The notes beneath the pieces are model-generated. The model was not told the DNA's origin. It saw only the letters and a program-made list of their open reading frames with translations, and made no database searches. From the NCBI RefSeq assembly GCF_009914755.1, contig NC_060939.1: a stretch of DNA of 64,000 nucleotides; one strand, 5' to 3'. Positions 18,244 to 35,119 of the stretch are shown one piece after another. This DNA is from the human T2T-CHM13v2.0 reference genome, Homo sapiens. How positions within the stretch are numbered: the first letter of the stretch is position 1; each line of letters starts with the position of its first letter. The position numbers and the translations under genes were made by a program.

Positions 18244-20500
18244 TGTTATGGTTTGGCTGTGTCCCTATCCAAATCTCAACTTGAATTGTGTCTCTCAGAA
18301 TTCCACTTATTGTGGGAGGGACCCAGGGAGAGGTAATTGAATCATGGGGGCTGGTCTTTCCTGTGCTATTCTCATGATAGTGAATAAGTCTTATGAGATC
18401 TGATGGGTTGCTTTTGCTTCTCTCATTTTCTCCTGCTGCTGCCAATGTAAGAAGTACCTTTCGCCTCCCACCATGATTCTGAGGCCTCCCCAGCCATGTG
18501 GAACTGTAAGTCCAATTAAACCTCTTTTTCTTCCCAGTCTTGGGTATGTTTTCATTGGAAGTGTGAAAATGGACTAATACAGTAAATTGGTACCAGTAGA
18601 GTGGGGCATTGCTGAAAAGATACCTGAAAATGTGGAAGTAGCTTTGGAACTAGGTAACAGGCAAAGGTTGGAACAATTTGGAGGGCTCAGAAGAAGGCAG
18701 AAAAACGTGGGAAAGTTTGGAACTTCCTAGAGACTTGTTGAATGGCTTTACCCCGAATGCTGATAGTGATACGGACAATAAGATCCAGGCTAAGGTGGTC
18801 TCAGATGGTGACAAGGAACTTGTTGGGAAGTGGAGCAAAGATGATTCTTGTTATGTTTTAGCAAAGAGACTCGTGGCATTTTGCCCCTGCCCTAGAGATT
18901 TGTGGAATTTTGAACTTGAGAGAGAAGATTTAGGGTAATCTGGCTGAAGAAATTTCTAAGTAGCAAAGCATTTAAGAGGTGACTTGGGTACTGTTGGCAT
19001 TCAGTTTTATAAGGGAAGCAGGGCATAAGTTTGGAAAATTTGCAGCCCGACTATGCGATAGAAAAGAAAAACCCATTTTCTGGGGAGAAATTCAAGCCAG
19101 CTGCAGAAATTTGCATAAGTAGCAAGGAGCCTAATGTTAATCCCCAAGACCATGGGGAAAATGTCTCCAGGCTATGTCTCCAGACCTTCACAGCAGACCC
19201 TTCCATCACAGGCCCAGAGGCCCAGGAGGAAAAAGTGGTTTTGTGGGCCGGGGCCAGGGACCCTGTGCTGTGTGCAGCCTAGGGTTTTGGTGCCGTATGT
19301 CCCAGCCACTTAGCCGTGGCTGAAAGGGGCCAACGTACAGCTCAGGCTGTGGCTTCAGAGGGTGGAAGCCCCAAGCCTTGGCAGCTTCCATGTGGTGTTG
19401 AGTCTGTGAGTGCATAGAAGTTAAGAATTGAGGTTTGGGAACCTCCACCTAGATTTCAGAAGATGTATGGAAATGCCTGGATGCCCAGGCAAAAGTTTGC
19501 TGCCAGGGCCTTCATGGAGAACCTCTGCTAGGGCAGTGCAGAAGGGAAATGTGGGGTCAGAGCCCCCCCCCCCCCAGAGTCCCTCCTGGGGCACTGCCTA
19601 GTGGAGCTGTGAGAAGAGGACCACTATCCTCCAGACCCCAGAATGATAGATCCACTGACAGCTTGCACCATGTGCCTGGAAAAGCCACAGCACTCAATGC
19701 CAGCCTTTGAAAACAGCTGGGAGGGAGGCTGTACCCTGCAAAGCCCCAGGGGTGGAGCTGCCCAAGACCATGGGAACCCAATTCTTGCATCAATGTGACC
19801 TGGATGTGAGACAAAGGAGATAATTTTGGTGCTTTAAAATTTGACTGTCCCACTGGATTTTGGACTTGCATGGGCCTTGTAATCCCTTTGTTTTGGTCAG
19901 TTTCTCCCATTTGGAACAACTGTATTTACCCAATATCTGTACCCTCATTGTATCTAGGAAGTAACTAGTTTGTTTTTGATTTTACAAGCTCATAGGCGAA
20001 AGAGACTTCCCTTGTCTCAGATGAGACTTTGGACTGTGGACTTTTTGGGTTAATGCTGAAATGAGTTAAGATTTTGGGGGACTGTTGGGAAGGCATGATT
20101 GGTTTTGAAATATGAGGACATGAGATTTGGAGGGGCCAGGGGTGGAATGATATGGTTTGGCTGTGTCCCCACCCAAATCTCAACTTGAATTGTATCTCCT
20201 AGAATTCCCACATGTTGTGGGAAGGACCCAGGAGGTGGTAACTGAATCATGGGAGCTGGTCTTTCCCGTGCTATTCTCATGATAGTGAACAAGTCTCATG
20301 AGATCTGATGAGTTTATTGAGGTTTCTGCTTTTGCTTCTATCTCATTTTCTCCTGCCACCACCATGTAAGAAGTGCCTTCCGCCTCCCGCCATGATTCTG
20401 AGGCCTCCCCAGCCATATGGAGCTATAAGTCCAATTAAACCTCTTTTTCTCCCCAGTCTCAGGTATGTTTTTATGAGCAGTGTGAAAACGGACTAATACA
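18244..20500 (+). mobile_element. Full-length THE1A MaLR provirus (LTR 18244-18581, internal 18582-20147, LTR 20148-20500) inside a MIR
   Basis: Two direct LTRs TG(T/A)TATGGTTTGGCTG...GGACTAATACA; perfect 5-bp TSD TGCCT; MIR halves on both flanks. Confidence 0.93.
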
Positions 20501-21248
20501 TGCCTCCTCAGGTCACTGTGAGGATTTAGTGAAACATTATCCTAAAAAAAATAAGTTAAAAGTCTTGCTTAAATATGACAAGCTTATAAAAATTAACAGA
20601 AGCATTATATTAGAATTTCTAAAGTCATTTCCATTGAAATCAAGAATAAGAAAAACATGCTGCTTTCCCCAATGTTAGTCAACATTATTTAAAATGTTTA
20701 GCTAATCAAACTGAAAAAAATAAAACAATTGGTATGTATATTATATAAAAAAGGTAAAATTGCATATTTTTGTATATAATAGAGAAGAGAAAATCTAATA
20801 TTTTAATAAAATACAATAAATAATTTAATAAAATATCTCAAATCAAGATATATGGTACATAAAAATCATTAGCCTTTCTCAATATGAAGAATAACTAGTC
20901 ATGGATATAAATTTATTTTTTAAATAACACATAAAAGCATTATATATTGCTTAGGAATATATATAAAACCATTATCTATTATTTAGAAATGCAAAAATAC
21001 ATTTAAGAAATGTTTAAATGTCTGGGAATTATACACACTGGCTTCTAGACACTAGTCATATATCTAGAAAGGGGGAAGATGAAAGAATGTCATCATATTC
21101 TATAAATATGTCAAAATGTTAAAATCTAGTAAGTATGAGAAGAGGGTACATGTTGCCTGTAATATTTTTTTTATATTTCTCTGTATATTTGAAATATTTC
21201 ATAATACAATTTTAAATTTGAAATATCTTCTCTAAAGTCATGATAAGG

Positions 21249-22040
<792 letters not shown>

Positions 22041-22210
22041 TAATAATGGCTAAGAATGTTTGTATATGAAGTCATTTTTAAAGACAGAAAACAAGATCTA
22101 AGCAAGTGGAGAGACATGCCAGTACTCCAGAAAGGATAGTGTTAATGTTAATTCTTAGAAAAATTAATGTATAACTATGATGCAATTCCCATTAGAATCA
22201 CAGTGAATTA

Positions 22211-22575
22211 TGTCTTGGTCCATTGTGGCTGCTGTAACAAAATACTATAGACTGGATAGCTACTAAACAACATAAACTGACTTTTCCTAATTTTGAAGGC
22301 TGGGAAGTCCAAGATCAAGGCACAGGCAGGTCAGTGTCCAGTGAGAGCCCATTTCATTGTTTATTTACGGTGCCTTCTTGTTATGCCCTCAATGGGGGAA
22401 GGGACTAGGAAGCTCCCTTGGGCCTCTTTTATAAGAGGACTAATCCTGTTTATGGGAGCTCTGCCCTCACGACCTAGTTACCTCCCAAAAGCTCTACCTT
22501 TTAATACTGTCAACCTTGGGGGTTAGGGTTCCAACACAGGAATTTGGGGAGGGCACGAACATTCAAACCATAGCA
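22211..22575 (-). mobile_element. MLT1A-type solo LTR
   Basis: TGTCTTGGTCCATTGTGGCTGCTGTAACAAAATAC...CATTCAAACCATAGCA; TSD AATTA/AATCA. Confidence 0.75.
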
Positions 22576-23454
22576 AATCATTTTACAAAAACTACATGAA
22601 ATGAATGTAAAGTTCAAATGAAAAAATAAATGAGTGTCCAAGAATAGGCAAGAAAACTATGAAAATAAAAAATAGAAACAGGGAGAATTGCCCTACCAAA
22701 TATTAACCTACATTATAAAGTCACTATAATCAAAACAACATTAAAAGATGAATAAAAATGTATCTGTGGATCAGAAATTGATCCCAAAATCAATGTAAGT
22801 ATATATAAGAACATAAAATATGGACAGGGTACTATTTCAATGCAGTGGGAAAAGGTTAATTTTTTAAATATAAACTGGCCATCAATCTAGAAGAAAACAA
22901 AACTAAATCCACTATCTCATGCCATTCACAAAAATAAGGTTCTGACAGTTTAGAAATTTAAATATAAGGAACAAAGAATATGAACATGCAATGCACAGGA
23001 GAGAAACATGTGTTTTATAATATTATGAAAATACACTCAGTGTCATTAAAACTCAGGAATAAGCAAGCTGAATAGTTTGTGGTTTTACCAATAACTTGGA
23101 ATATGATGTAGCTTTAAAAAATATTGATCCAGAGTCTCACTTACTGAGACAGAGAGATGAAAAAAATCACACTGCTTAAGTGTGATTTTTTTTATCAATC
23201 ATAAAACACACTATACATGAATATAGCAATTTTTATAGGTCTGTACAAGCATAAGGATGTGGACCAAGGTACATCAAGCTATTACCATTATTTATTTATG
23301 GTGTGAGGATGGAAGGGACTGGAAGAAAGTTATTAATGAATACTTATTATATATATGTATATATTTCACTTTTTAAAATAAGCAGACTTGCTGATATAAT
23401 TTAAAAATAATAATTTTAAATATTTAGGCATATTGAGAAAAGAAAACCAAGGGA

Positions 23455-24186
23455 GGCTTTGCAGACACTGCCACCATCGGGAGCCCTGTACTATCAGCCA
23501 TGGTTAACCCCACTGTGTTTTTTGACATCGCCGTCGATGGCGAGCCCTTGGGCCACGTCTCCTTCGAGCTGCTTGCAGACAAGTTTCCAAAGACAGCAGA
23601 AAACTTTCATGCTCTGAGCACTGGAGAGAAAGGATTTGGTAATAAGGGTTCCTGCTTTCACAGAATTATCAGAGTTTATGTGTCAGGGTGGTGACTTCAC
23701 ATGCCATAATGGCACTGGTGGCAAGTCCATCTATGGGGAGAAATTTGATGATGAGAACTTCATCCTAAAGCATACAGGTCCTGGCATTTTGTCCATGGCA
23801 AATGCTGGATCCAATATAAATGGTTCCCAGTTTTTCATCTGCACTGCCAAGACTGAGTGGTGGATGGCAAGCATGTGGTCTTTGGCAAGGTGAAAGAAGG
23901 CATGAATATTGTGGAGGCCACGGAGCGCTTTGAGTCCAGGAATGGCAAGACCAGGAAGAAGATCACCATTGCTGACTGTGGACAACTCTAATAAGGTTGA
24001 CTTGTGTTTTATCTTAACCACCAGACCGTTCCTTCTGTAGCTCAGGACAGCACCCTCCACCCCACTTACTCGCAGTATCCTAGAATCTTTGTGCTCTCGC
24101 TGCAGTTCCCTTCCATGCCTAGCTGGACTGCAGAGTTGAGTTTATGATTATGAAATAAAAACTAAATAACCAAAAAAAAAAAAAAA
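23455..24186 (+). pseudogene. PPIAP47: Processed cyclophilin A (PPIA) pseudogene; CDS relic 23500-23994
   Basis: Intronless [18 protein letters not shown]...IADCGQL; 2-nt and 1-nt deletions; AATAAA at 24154; poly-A; TSD AAAAGAAAA(C/A)CAAGGGA. The pseudogene number is from recall only. Confidence 0.95.
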
Positions 24187-24290
24187 GAAAAACAAGGGAA
24201 AAAATGAATTGGACTTATGAGGTATAATGGCTATTATCCTAGAGTGGTGGTAGAAGAAAGGAGAGGATGGAGAGAGATTAAATAAATTAG

Positions 24291-24971
<681 letters not shown>

Positions 24972-25084
24972 TAAGGCACAGACCTTACTCTCTATTGGCA
25001 TTAAGTCTGATCGTGGATGAAATTAAAACACTTGAAACCATTTATATATAATGACGCAAGCCCCTCCAAAACTGTCAGGTCATA

Positions 25085-25490
25085 GAATGGATGTATCAGT
25101 TTGCTTTACCATTCACCTATTGGGGAGTATTTGGTTGTTTCCAGTTTGGGGCTATTACAAATAAATCTGCCATGAACAATCATGTATGAGTTTTTGTGCA
25201 GACATCAGTTTTATTTTCTGGTACAAATGCCCAGAAGCAATTGCTAGGTCATATATTGAGGTGTATGTTTAATTAAAGAAGCTGCCAAACTATTTTCTAG
25301 AGTGTCTGTATCATTTTATATTCCCACCAGCGATGTATGAGTTAGTTTTGTCTGCATCCTCGCCATTATTTGATACTATCACTATGCTTGATTTGAGCTG
25401 TTCTAATAGATCTGTAGTGATATCTTACTGTGGTTTTAATTTGCATTTCCCCAGTGGTTAGTGTTGAAGATCTATTCCTGTGCTTTAAGT
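25085..25490 (-). mobile_element. Old L1 3' fragment
   Basis: GGTTGTTTCCAGTTTGGGGCTATTACAAATAA...TTTAATTTGCATTTCCC, typical reverse L1M. Confidence 0.7.
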
Positions 25491-25539
25491 CAACTCATTT
25501 TTAAAACCTAAATAAATGTATTTAAAAAGGAAACTTTTG

Positions 25540-25805
25540 CTTTAGGAGGCCAAGGCAGGTGAATTGCTCAAGCCGAGGAGTTCACGACCAGCCTGAGCAA
25601 CATGGTGAAGCTCCATCTCTACAAAAAATACAAAAACATCCAGGCAAGGTAGCGTGCACCTATGGTTTCAGCTACTTGGGAAGTGAGGCAGGAGGATTGC
25701 TTGAGCCTGGGAGGTCGAGGCTGCCATGAGCCATGATTGCAGGATTGCACCATTATACTACAGCCTGGGTGTCACGGCAAAACCCTGCCTGAAATAAATG
25801 AATAA
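25540..25805 (+). mobile_element. 5'-truncated AluJ
   Basis: Degenerate Alu dimer. Confidence 0.8.
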
Positions 25806-25820
25806 AAGGAAACTTGTGGT

Positions 25821-25985
25821 TAGTGGTTCTCAGAGTGTGGTCCCTGAGCCAGCAGCATCAGCATCCCCATCAGCTGAGAACTTGTTAGAAATGCAGATTC
25901 TCAGGCGCCACCCCAGACCTCCTGAATCAGAACCTCTGAGGCGTGGGTTCAGCGACCTGTGGTTTAACAAGCCCTCCCGGTGAGA
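25821..25985. mobile_element. MER5A hAT DNA transposon fragment
   Basis: AGTGGTTCTCAGAGTGTGGTCCC...GAACTTGTTAGAAATGCAGATTCTCAGG...TTTAACAAGCCCTCC. Confidence 0.75.
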
Positions 25986-27080
25986 ATCAGTCTCATTCAC
26001 TACAGATAGAAGGAAATGGTAAAAATCAATTCATCCGCATATCGCCTAAAATCCTCCTGTGGGCCCCAGGTTGCCACAGCACACTTTTGGGCAGGAGCCC
26101 CACTCACAGAGGCCGTGACAAGAATGCTCCTGCCCCTGGGGTTGTGCAGTGACAGCTCACACAGCTCCACGTGGCGGTTCTGAGTTTGGGAAGCGCTGAT
26201 GTAGTCCTACTGCAGCCCTTCCTGCCCTTCACCGGACTGAGGAAATCCAGGCTCTGAGGAGGGCGAGACTTGCCCAAGGTCACCCAGCAACATGGTCAGT
26301 CTCCTTTCCCAGGGCCCTCACAATGCGTGGCCTGTTTAAAGCCTGCCTCTATTCACTGCTGAGTGAAAAATCCAGCTCCAAAACAGAATATGGGGAAGGA
26401 TACTATCTTGTGCAGCTTATGTTTATAGCTGCAGATACATGGGAAAACAAGTCAGAAAATACTGTTGAAGCAGTTATTTGGGGAGAGAAGGGGTTTGCTG
26501 GTTTTTTGTGTTTTTAACTTTTCTATATCTCATAATTTTTATCACAATAATGTTTAGTTACATAATCAAAATGTATTAAATATAATATTAAAAATCGACA
26601 TGAAGCCTGATCTAGCCACGGTCTATTGTTGGCAGAGTCAGGAAGCCTTCCAGATAGAGCAGGCCCTGCACCTGCCCCAGGTCACACCCTTACCCCATGG
26701 TGGCCTCCACATCCATACCCATGAGCATCTCCTGTGGGTGAGGCCCTCCCCTGCATCCAGCCCTGGGCACCCCCAGCCCAGAGGGCACCTCATGGTCTGA
26801 GAGTCCACCTGTCTGTCTCTAAAGAGAGGAAAGCTCCTTGGGACATGTGTTCTGCTTGACGCATCACCCCTGGCCTGGTACAGAAAGGTGGACAGTGGGT
26901 ATTTGGTGAATAAATGAATGAATGATTAGAACAAGTCCCCAAAATGGTGATTTCCTGAGGCCCTTCTCCAGCTTGCCTAGGTGGAACCAGTTCCACTTTT
27001 CACAGGAAAGCCAGGTGTGAGGAGTGGGGCAGGTATGTGTGAATGGCCAGGTTCTCGAAGGCTGGATGGATACAGGGCTT

Positions 27081-28825
27081 ATGGCAGGTCTGGGGTTGGC
27101 AGTGCTGCTGTGGGAGCCTGTAGGAGGGCTCGTCTTTGGAATCCCCCAGGGTATCCTGGTGCCCTCAGCTGCTGCATGGTGTGAGAAGGCCTGGCTTGTG
27201 GGGATGCACAGGGTCTTGTTTGGATTGGCCACCTGGTCCAGCCCAGGGAGCTATGCTTCCTGCCCCTCAGGGAAAACTCACTTTTGATGTGTAACAACAG
27301 CTGCAGGCAAGGGGAGGTAGAGGTGTGCTGGGCCTCGGCCTTAGAAGCCAGAAGCCAGTTCATGCCCCTACGTGGGAAAAGGATGATATACGTGGGAAAG
27401 GGATGGGGCCTTGGCTAGCTCTAGGGTCCTGGGTTATGGTCAGAACCATATGGACTTATATGAGTCACTTATGGACTCAGTGACTTGGGCTGACCCAGCC
27501 CCTCCCTGAACCTCATCAGTGAAACCAGGACGGGGCCAGGGCTCTCGACGCCTCCCAGCTCCAACCTCTGGCTTTCTCCCAGGAGGGCAGGAGATCAGAC
27601 AGAGGTAACCTGGGCTCCCCTGTTTACGTCAACCTCCTTGTGAAGCCTCCCTCTTTCTGCCTGTGAGGTGGGTGGGGCCAGAAGGAGAGGCATTCACCTG
27701 TGGGTCTCTGACTTCTCTGCCCAGGTGTGCCTGGAGAGCCTGGTCTATACCCGGTGCTTTGCTACACCCCACAGCCTGGCCAAAGCCTCCCTGCCTCCAG
27801 AGCAGCCCTGGCCCTGGGAAGAAGCTGGTCTCTGCATTGAATGACAGGTAGAAAATTAAAGTGGGGATGATAGCTCTGGAAAGGAGTCAAGGAGGAGTTG
27901 CCTTCCCAAGGACACAGAGGGTTTTTCCAGAATGGAACTTGACTGGTGTGGGCAAACATCAGGAGGTGGGAAGGGTGGCTCCCTCTGCGGGAGCTGGGGC
28001 AACTTGCCTGGGCCAAATGGTGGTAGGTTGTGGGTAGGGCAGGCAGAGCTGGGGTGCTCAGAGCCTGGGTTCTCTGTCCTTGCAGAGGACTGGAATTCAA
28101 AACAAGTGTCCCCTGCCCTGTGGCTGGGGGACATCCTCTACTTCCAAGCCCAGACATACACCAGCTGCCACAAGCCCCTGAGGCTCTTTAGAGGACCAAT
28201 GGACAGCCACACCCACAATGGGCCAGCCTGCTGGGCCACCTGCACCCTGGTCAGAGCCCATGACTGAGGGGACTCTCTGGGGACAATGGGGGCAGTCCCA
28301 TGCTGCCCTCTTACAGGTGGATCAGTCCCTGGGATCTGGTGTTGGGCTAGGGTGGGCTGAGGCTGTTCTCTGCCAGGGTGCCTGGTGGACAGCAGGTAGA
28401 GCAACTTGTCCTTGGCTTTCCTGGACCCCAGGACACAGCTGAACACTGCACTTTACCCTGGATGTCTTCAGATTCTCAGGGGACCCTGGGAAGGAAGAGG
28501 GGGATGCCCCAGCAGGAGGCCAGGGCCCTGGGCTATGCTTGCTCCCCCCAGTCCCTCCAGCAGGCACCTCCTCTCCACATCAACATCACCTGATTCCTGA
28601 AGGCCTGGGCTACTGACAAGAGCCCCAAAACCCTCACCAAGGCCTGTTCTTGTATCAGAGCAACTAGTACGAGTTCGGAGCTGAAGGGGGCGGAGAGAAA
28701 ACTCAGGGCTCTGTAAGAGTTCTCAGCTCCCTACTGTGGTGGGCCCCGTAGAAGTCCCCCCAGAAATCTGCAGCTGCTGTAAGTCACTGGGAGGAAGCTA
28801 CAGCAGACATGTGTTTCCCAGCCTG
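27081..28825 (+). pseudogene. Unprocessed zona pellucida ZP3-family pseudogene; exons about 27081-27306, 27605-27667, 27725-27847, 28086-28263, 28377-28493, 28579-28670, 28739-28825
   Basis: Collinear peptides match ZP3 exons 1-7: WCEKAWLVGMHRVLFG-IGHLVQPREL; KKLV..SLH*MTE; EDWNSKQVSPALWLGDILYFQAQTYTSCHKPLRLF-EDQWTATPT; CLVDSR*SNLSLAFLDPR..LHFTLDVFRFSGD; INIT*FLKAWATDKSPKTLTKACS; PVEVPPEICSCCK. Many stops, indels and broken splice sites. Confidence 0.88.
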
Positions 28826-29414
28826 GTAGATGCAGAGGGGTGTCCGGGCCCCGAGTGGGAGGCCCAAACACAGCCTTGGATATGGCAGTGCAGGATTCTA
28901 GACAGCTCTGGGGCCCTGGGCAAGTCATTTAGCCTCTCAGAACCCCATTCCTGGTCATCATGGGGCTCTTGTGTGGATGTAAAGAACCCCCCTGGCCACT
29001 TATGTCCCATCAGTGGAAGCCTAGCATGGGTGGAGACCCCTGAGACTGAACTCAGTGGTGGGATCCAGCCTGCCCAGCTCTCCTACATAGAGCCCAGAGC
29101 CAGGAGGATGGGCTTCCTGGAGAAGCAGGCACTCCTGTGGGCTGGAGAGCATGAGCAGGGGTCCCCTTGGGGAGGTGGAAGAGGCTGCGGTCAGTGAAGG
29201 CCATAATGAGGCAGAGCTTGGGCAAAAAAGGCATGATGATCAGGGGATCTGAAACCCAACAGAGACTGGACTGAGGACACTGTGGCCACCTCCTCCAGGT
29301 GTCGCTCAGGAGGTGGAAGCTGAGCTAGGGCTGGGCCCTTGTCCTGAGTAACGCCTCACCAGTCTTGGAAGCTATACCCAAGGTGGCTTCATGTAAGGGT
29401 GCATCTGCGCACTC

Positions 29415-29570
29415 TTTTTGAGATGGGGTCTTCCTCTGTCATTCAGGCTGCAATTCAGTGGCACAATCATAGCTCACTGCAGCCTCAAACTCCTGGGCTC
29501 AAGTGATCCTCCCACCTCAGCCTCACAAAGTATTATAATTATAGGCCTGAGCTATGGAGCCTGGTTTAAA
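29415..29570 (-). mobile_element. Alu monomer (FLAM-like)
   Basis: Single reverse Alu arm. Confidence 0.75.
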
Positions 29571-30713
29571 ATCTTAATAAATATCTCCTCCTGGTCTGCT
29601 TCCCTGGCTGACACACATGCTGGCATCTTGCGCCTAGACAGACATGTCTCTGGACTTGGTTCCATTTGTTCTGTCGGGCTCCTCTCTCTCAATGACCGCA
29701 CATTACAGTATGTGGCTATTCTTACACATTTCTGTATAGAACTGAGGGTTAGTATATTAACGTCAAAGTTCTACTGGTTTTTCGAGGCTGGGTGGAAAGT
29801 TTGGGTTAATTTAGGAGTGGGCATCTTGACAATATAGGCTTTTCTTCCAGGAACGGTGATTCTGGGACGCAGGTTTTGCACATTCTGGTTTATTGCTTGA
29901 CTCGCTGCCACAGAGGGATGTCACTGCTCCACACGCCATGCCCAAGAGATGTCCCACCTTATCTTTCTAAATCAAGCTGAATGTTTTCAGCTGACAGGAT
30001 ATCACGAGTGCTGCGGGGACTCACTCCCCTCAACCCGAGATGAAGTGAGGCGGAGACTATGGAGCAGATCCGTGCTGAGTGCATTTGCCCTTCCTGACCT
30101 GCACTGCTGCTGGCTGGGGCTGTGTCTGAGCTGTCAGAGGGCATTGATTTGGGGATGGGGTGGGGGGCAGTGCTGGAGAGATGCCCCTCACCTTCCTCAG
30201 CTCCTCCTGTCCAGCCGACACTTGGCCACCAAGGCCCCTGACTTCCAGGCCCCAGTCACCACTAACAGGGTGCTGCATGGGAACAAAGTGTAGCCCCAGA
30301 ACCTGGAGTTCAGGTCACTCCTCCTTCCAGTCGAAGCCTCTGCCCCTCCCAGGTGATTCCAGCCTCGTTCCTCCATGGGCCAAATATCCTAAACAAAGGC
30401 CTGGACAGGGGGTCTTTATCTGACTGCCCAGAAAACACACACAGAAAGGCTCTGCATGCCCTCTGTGGCCTGCCAGGGGTAAGAGCCTGCCCGTCAAAAT
30501 GCACAGTCCTGGTTCTTGCAGGGAGTTGAGGAGCAGAAGAAGAAACAAAGGTCCATCTCATTCTTTCAGCAGGAACCTAAACTTGGGAAAGCCAGACGCA
30601 GTACATTTCTTAATCCTGATACTTTTATAACTGGTTATAGCTGGGTCACATGCACAACTGTTTTCCAACATCTTTCAACAGGCCACATAACATCCTGTAA
30701 CTTCTTTTTTTAA

Positions 30714-31163
<450 letters not shown>

Positions 31164-31243
31164 TAGACTGCCATTGGCAAATGCCAGTTGATTATCCACC
31201 CACATGTATGTTAATGGATTTCCCATGTTTTATTTGTCTAGAC

Positions 31244-31451
31244 CAGGCTTTCTCCACAGCAGCACTGTTGATGTTTAGGGCTGGACAGTTCTCTGTTCTG
31301 GAGCTGTTTGCGCCTCGCAGGATGTTTAGCAGCATCCCCAGCCTCCGCCTGCCACATGCCAGCAGCACTCCTCAGTGTGACAGCCAAAGTGATTTCAGAT
31401 ACTGTCAAATATCCCCAGGGCGGCAAAATCACCTCCAGTTGAGAACTGCTG
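31244..31451. mobile_element. MER20 DNA transposon
   Basis: GCAGGATGTTTAGCAGCATCCCC...GGCAAAATCACCTCCAGTTGAGAACTGCTG. Confidence 0.75.
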
Positions 31452-31584
31452 ACCTAAAACCCTCTGGAACAATGTTAGATCATGGTAACGATAGCGCATA
31501 CTGCTCCTGACCTTAATGGGAATACCTCTAGCATCAAAGTATAGTAGTACCTGTATACTACTGTCTGGGCTGTTATTAGTACAC

Positions 31585-32807
<1,223 letters not shown>

Positions 32808-33311
32808 TTAACATATATACATATTCTCCAGTATATTCATAACATATTCTCTAGTATATTTCCCTATATTTGTGGTTTTCAAAGCATAGTCTCAAATTGG
32901 AAGTATCAGCGTCACCTGGGAACATAGACATGCAATGCTCAGGCCCCACCTCAGTCCTATTGAGTTAGAAACTCTGGTGTGGGGCCCAGCAGCCCGTTTC
33001 ACAAGCCCTGCAGGGGATTATGATGCACTCTAATGTATGAGAACCACGGCTCTAAATAGTCAAATCATCTTTAATTGTAAAACAAGTATCTGTGAAATAA
33101 TGCTCCAGTATGACATTAAAATGCTCCAGCACGCCACCCACTTTATTTCTGAATTTAAATACTTTGTCTGTCTGATGTTAAATTTGCTGTTTTTTTCAAA
33201 TACTCTTAAGACAGTTTTTCATCGGTTCTTAATTTTCTCTTTTTAAATAAAAAATGGTTTTCCAAATCTATCCATTTTTCTCTTCTTTAACCTATTGATA
33301 GGATGAAATAA

Positions 33312-33935
<624 letters not shown>

Positions 33936-34208
33936 ATGTTCTTAAAATTTTTCTTTGACATGGTATAGGATAGTCTAGTAACTTAACATACTGTTGTTTT
34001 CAACAGGCTAGTGCTTATGATTTGTAAAAGAACTCTTCAGAAATGAGTTCAATTTTACCATGAATTGGGACATTTTCCATTTCTTTCTATTCCATAGAGC
34101 AGTTTACTTGTCATGAGCTCTGTCTTTTGAAAACCTGAAAGCCTGCAATAAAACCAGCTGCACCTGGTGCATGGGATAGGCATGGAATTGAGGAGAGAGC
34201 TCAAACTA

Positions 34209-34501
34209 CGGTCAGCCCTCTGTATCCTCGGGTTCTGGATCCTTGGATTTGACCAACTGTGCATCAAAAATATTTGGAAAAAGTAAAATAAAAAAACAAA
34301 TTTAAAAATACTTCATACAGCTATTTACAAAGCATTTACGTTGTATTAAGTATTATAGTAATCTAGAGGTGATTTAAAGTCTACGGAAGGATGTGCATAG
34401 GTTATATGCAAATACTATGCCATATTATATCAGAGCATCTGTGAATTTTGGTATCTCTGGGGTCCTGGAACCAATATCCTGAGGTTTCTAAGGGACAACT
34501 G
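34209..34501. mobile_element. MER2 (Tigger-family) element
   Basis: TA flanks; inverted ends CGGTCAGCCCTC / AAGGGACAACTG; internal GGATGTGCATAGGTTATATGCAAATACTA. Confidence 0.75.
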
Positions 34502-35119
34502 TATTCAATTTCTTCTCTGGTTATTAGTCTATTCTCTAATGTATTTTTGTTGTTGTTTTGTCTTTTTGTTTTTGCCTCTTCAAGTCAATGTCGGAAACTT
34601 AGTTGTTTTAGACAACCCATTAGCTCAGAGCTACCAGTAAGCAGACTACCACTGCAATCTAAGCAACGGATTTTTTCCCCCATCAGACTGGCAAAAAATA
34701 AGCATCTATTGATGTTGAAATTGTAGGGAGTTTTCCTGAGCATGTTAATTATGACAGCCCTTTTTGCTAGGCACCTACACAATTCATCAAAATGAAATAA
34801 AACACCCATGCACTTGAAGAAGTTATCTGGTTATTTCCTTATCTGGGTGCTGGTTATGTGAGGTCTACAGTTAATGAACACTTATTAAGCTTTATATTTC
34901 TAATAGGTACAATTTTCTGCATGTGTAGTAGATTTCAATAGTTTTTAAAATGTCTTTTGCCGCAGCCCGCAGCTGTGTATAATGCTATTCGCTTAACAGT
35001 GGAAAACATGACAATGACCTGAATCCCCCTGGCTCCCGGGATCCTACCCCCTTAAGTTAAACAAATGAAATAACTTCCACTGTCTTTCCTAATGCCTTAA
35101 TTCGGTCCTCAGTTAAACT

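Noticed and set aside
18678-19919. ORFs inside the THE1 internal region
   Set aside because: Fragments of the decayed MaLR internal ORF, not host genes.
26669-27017. CACCTG/CAGGTG E-boxes upstream of the ZP3-like start, as possible FIGLA sites
   Set aside because: Hexamers this common are expected by chance, an L2 fragment intervenes, and there is no clear TATA box.
29010-29250. Possible ZP3 exon 8 (external hydrophobic patch and TM)
   Set aside because: Only a faint ETEL-VVG resemblance; no TM segment could be reconstructed.
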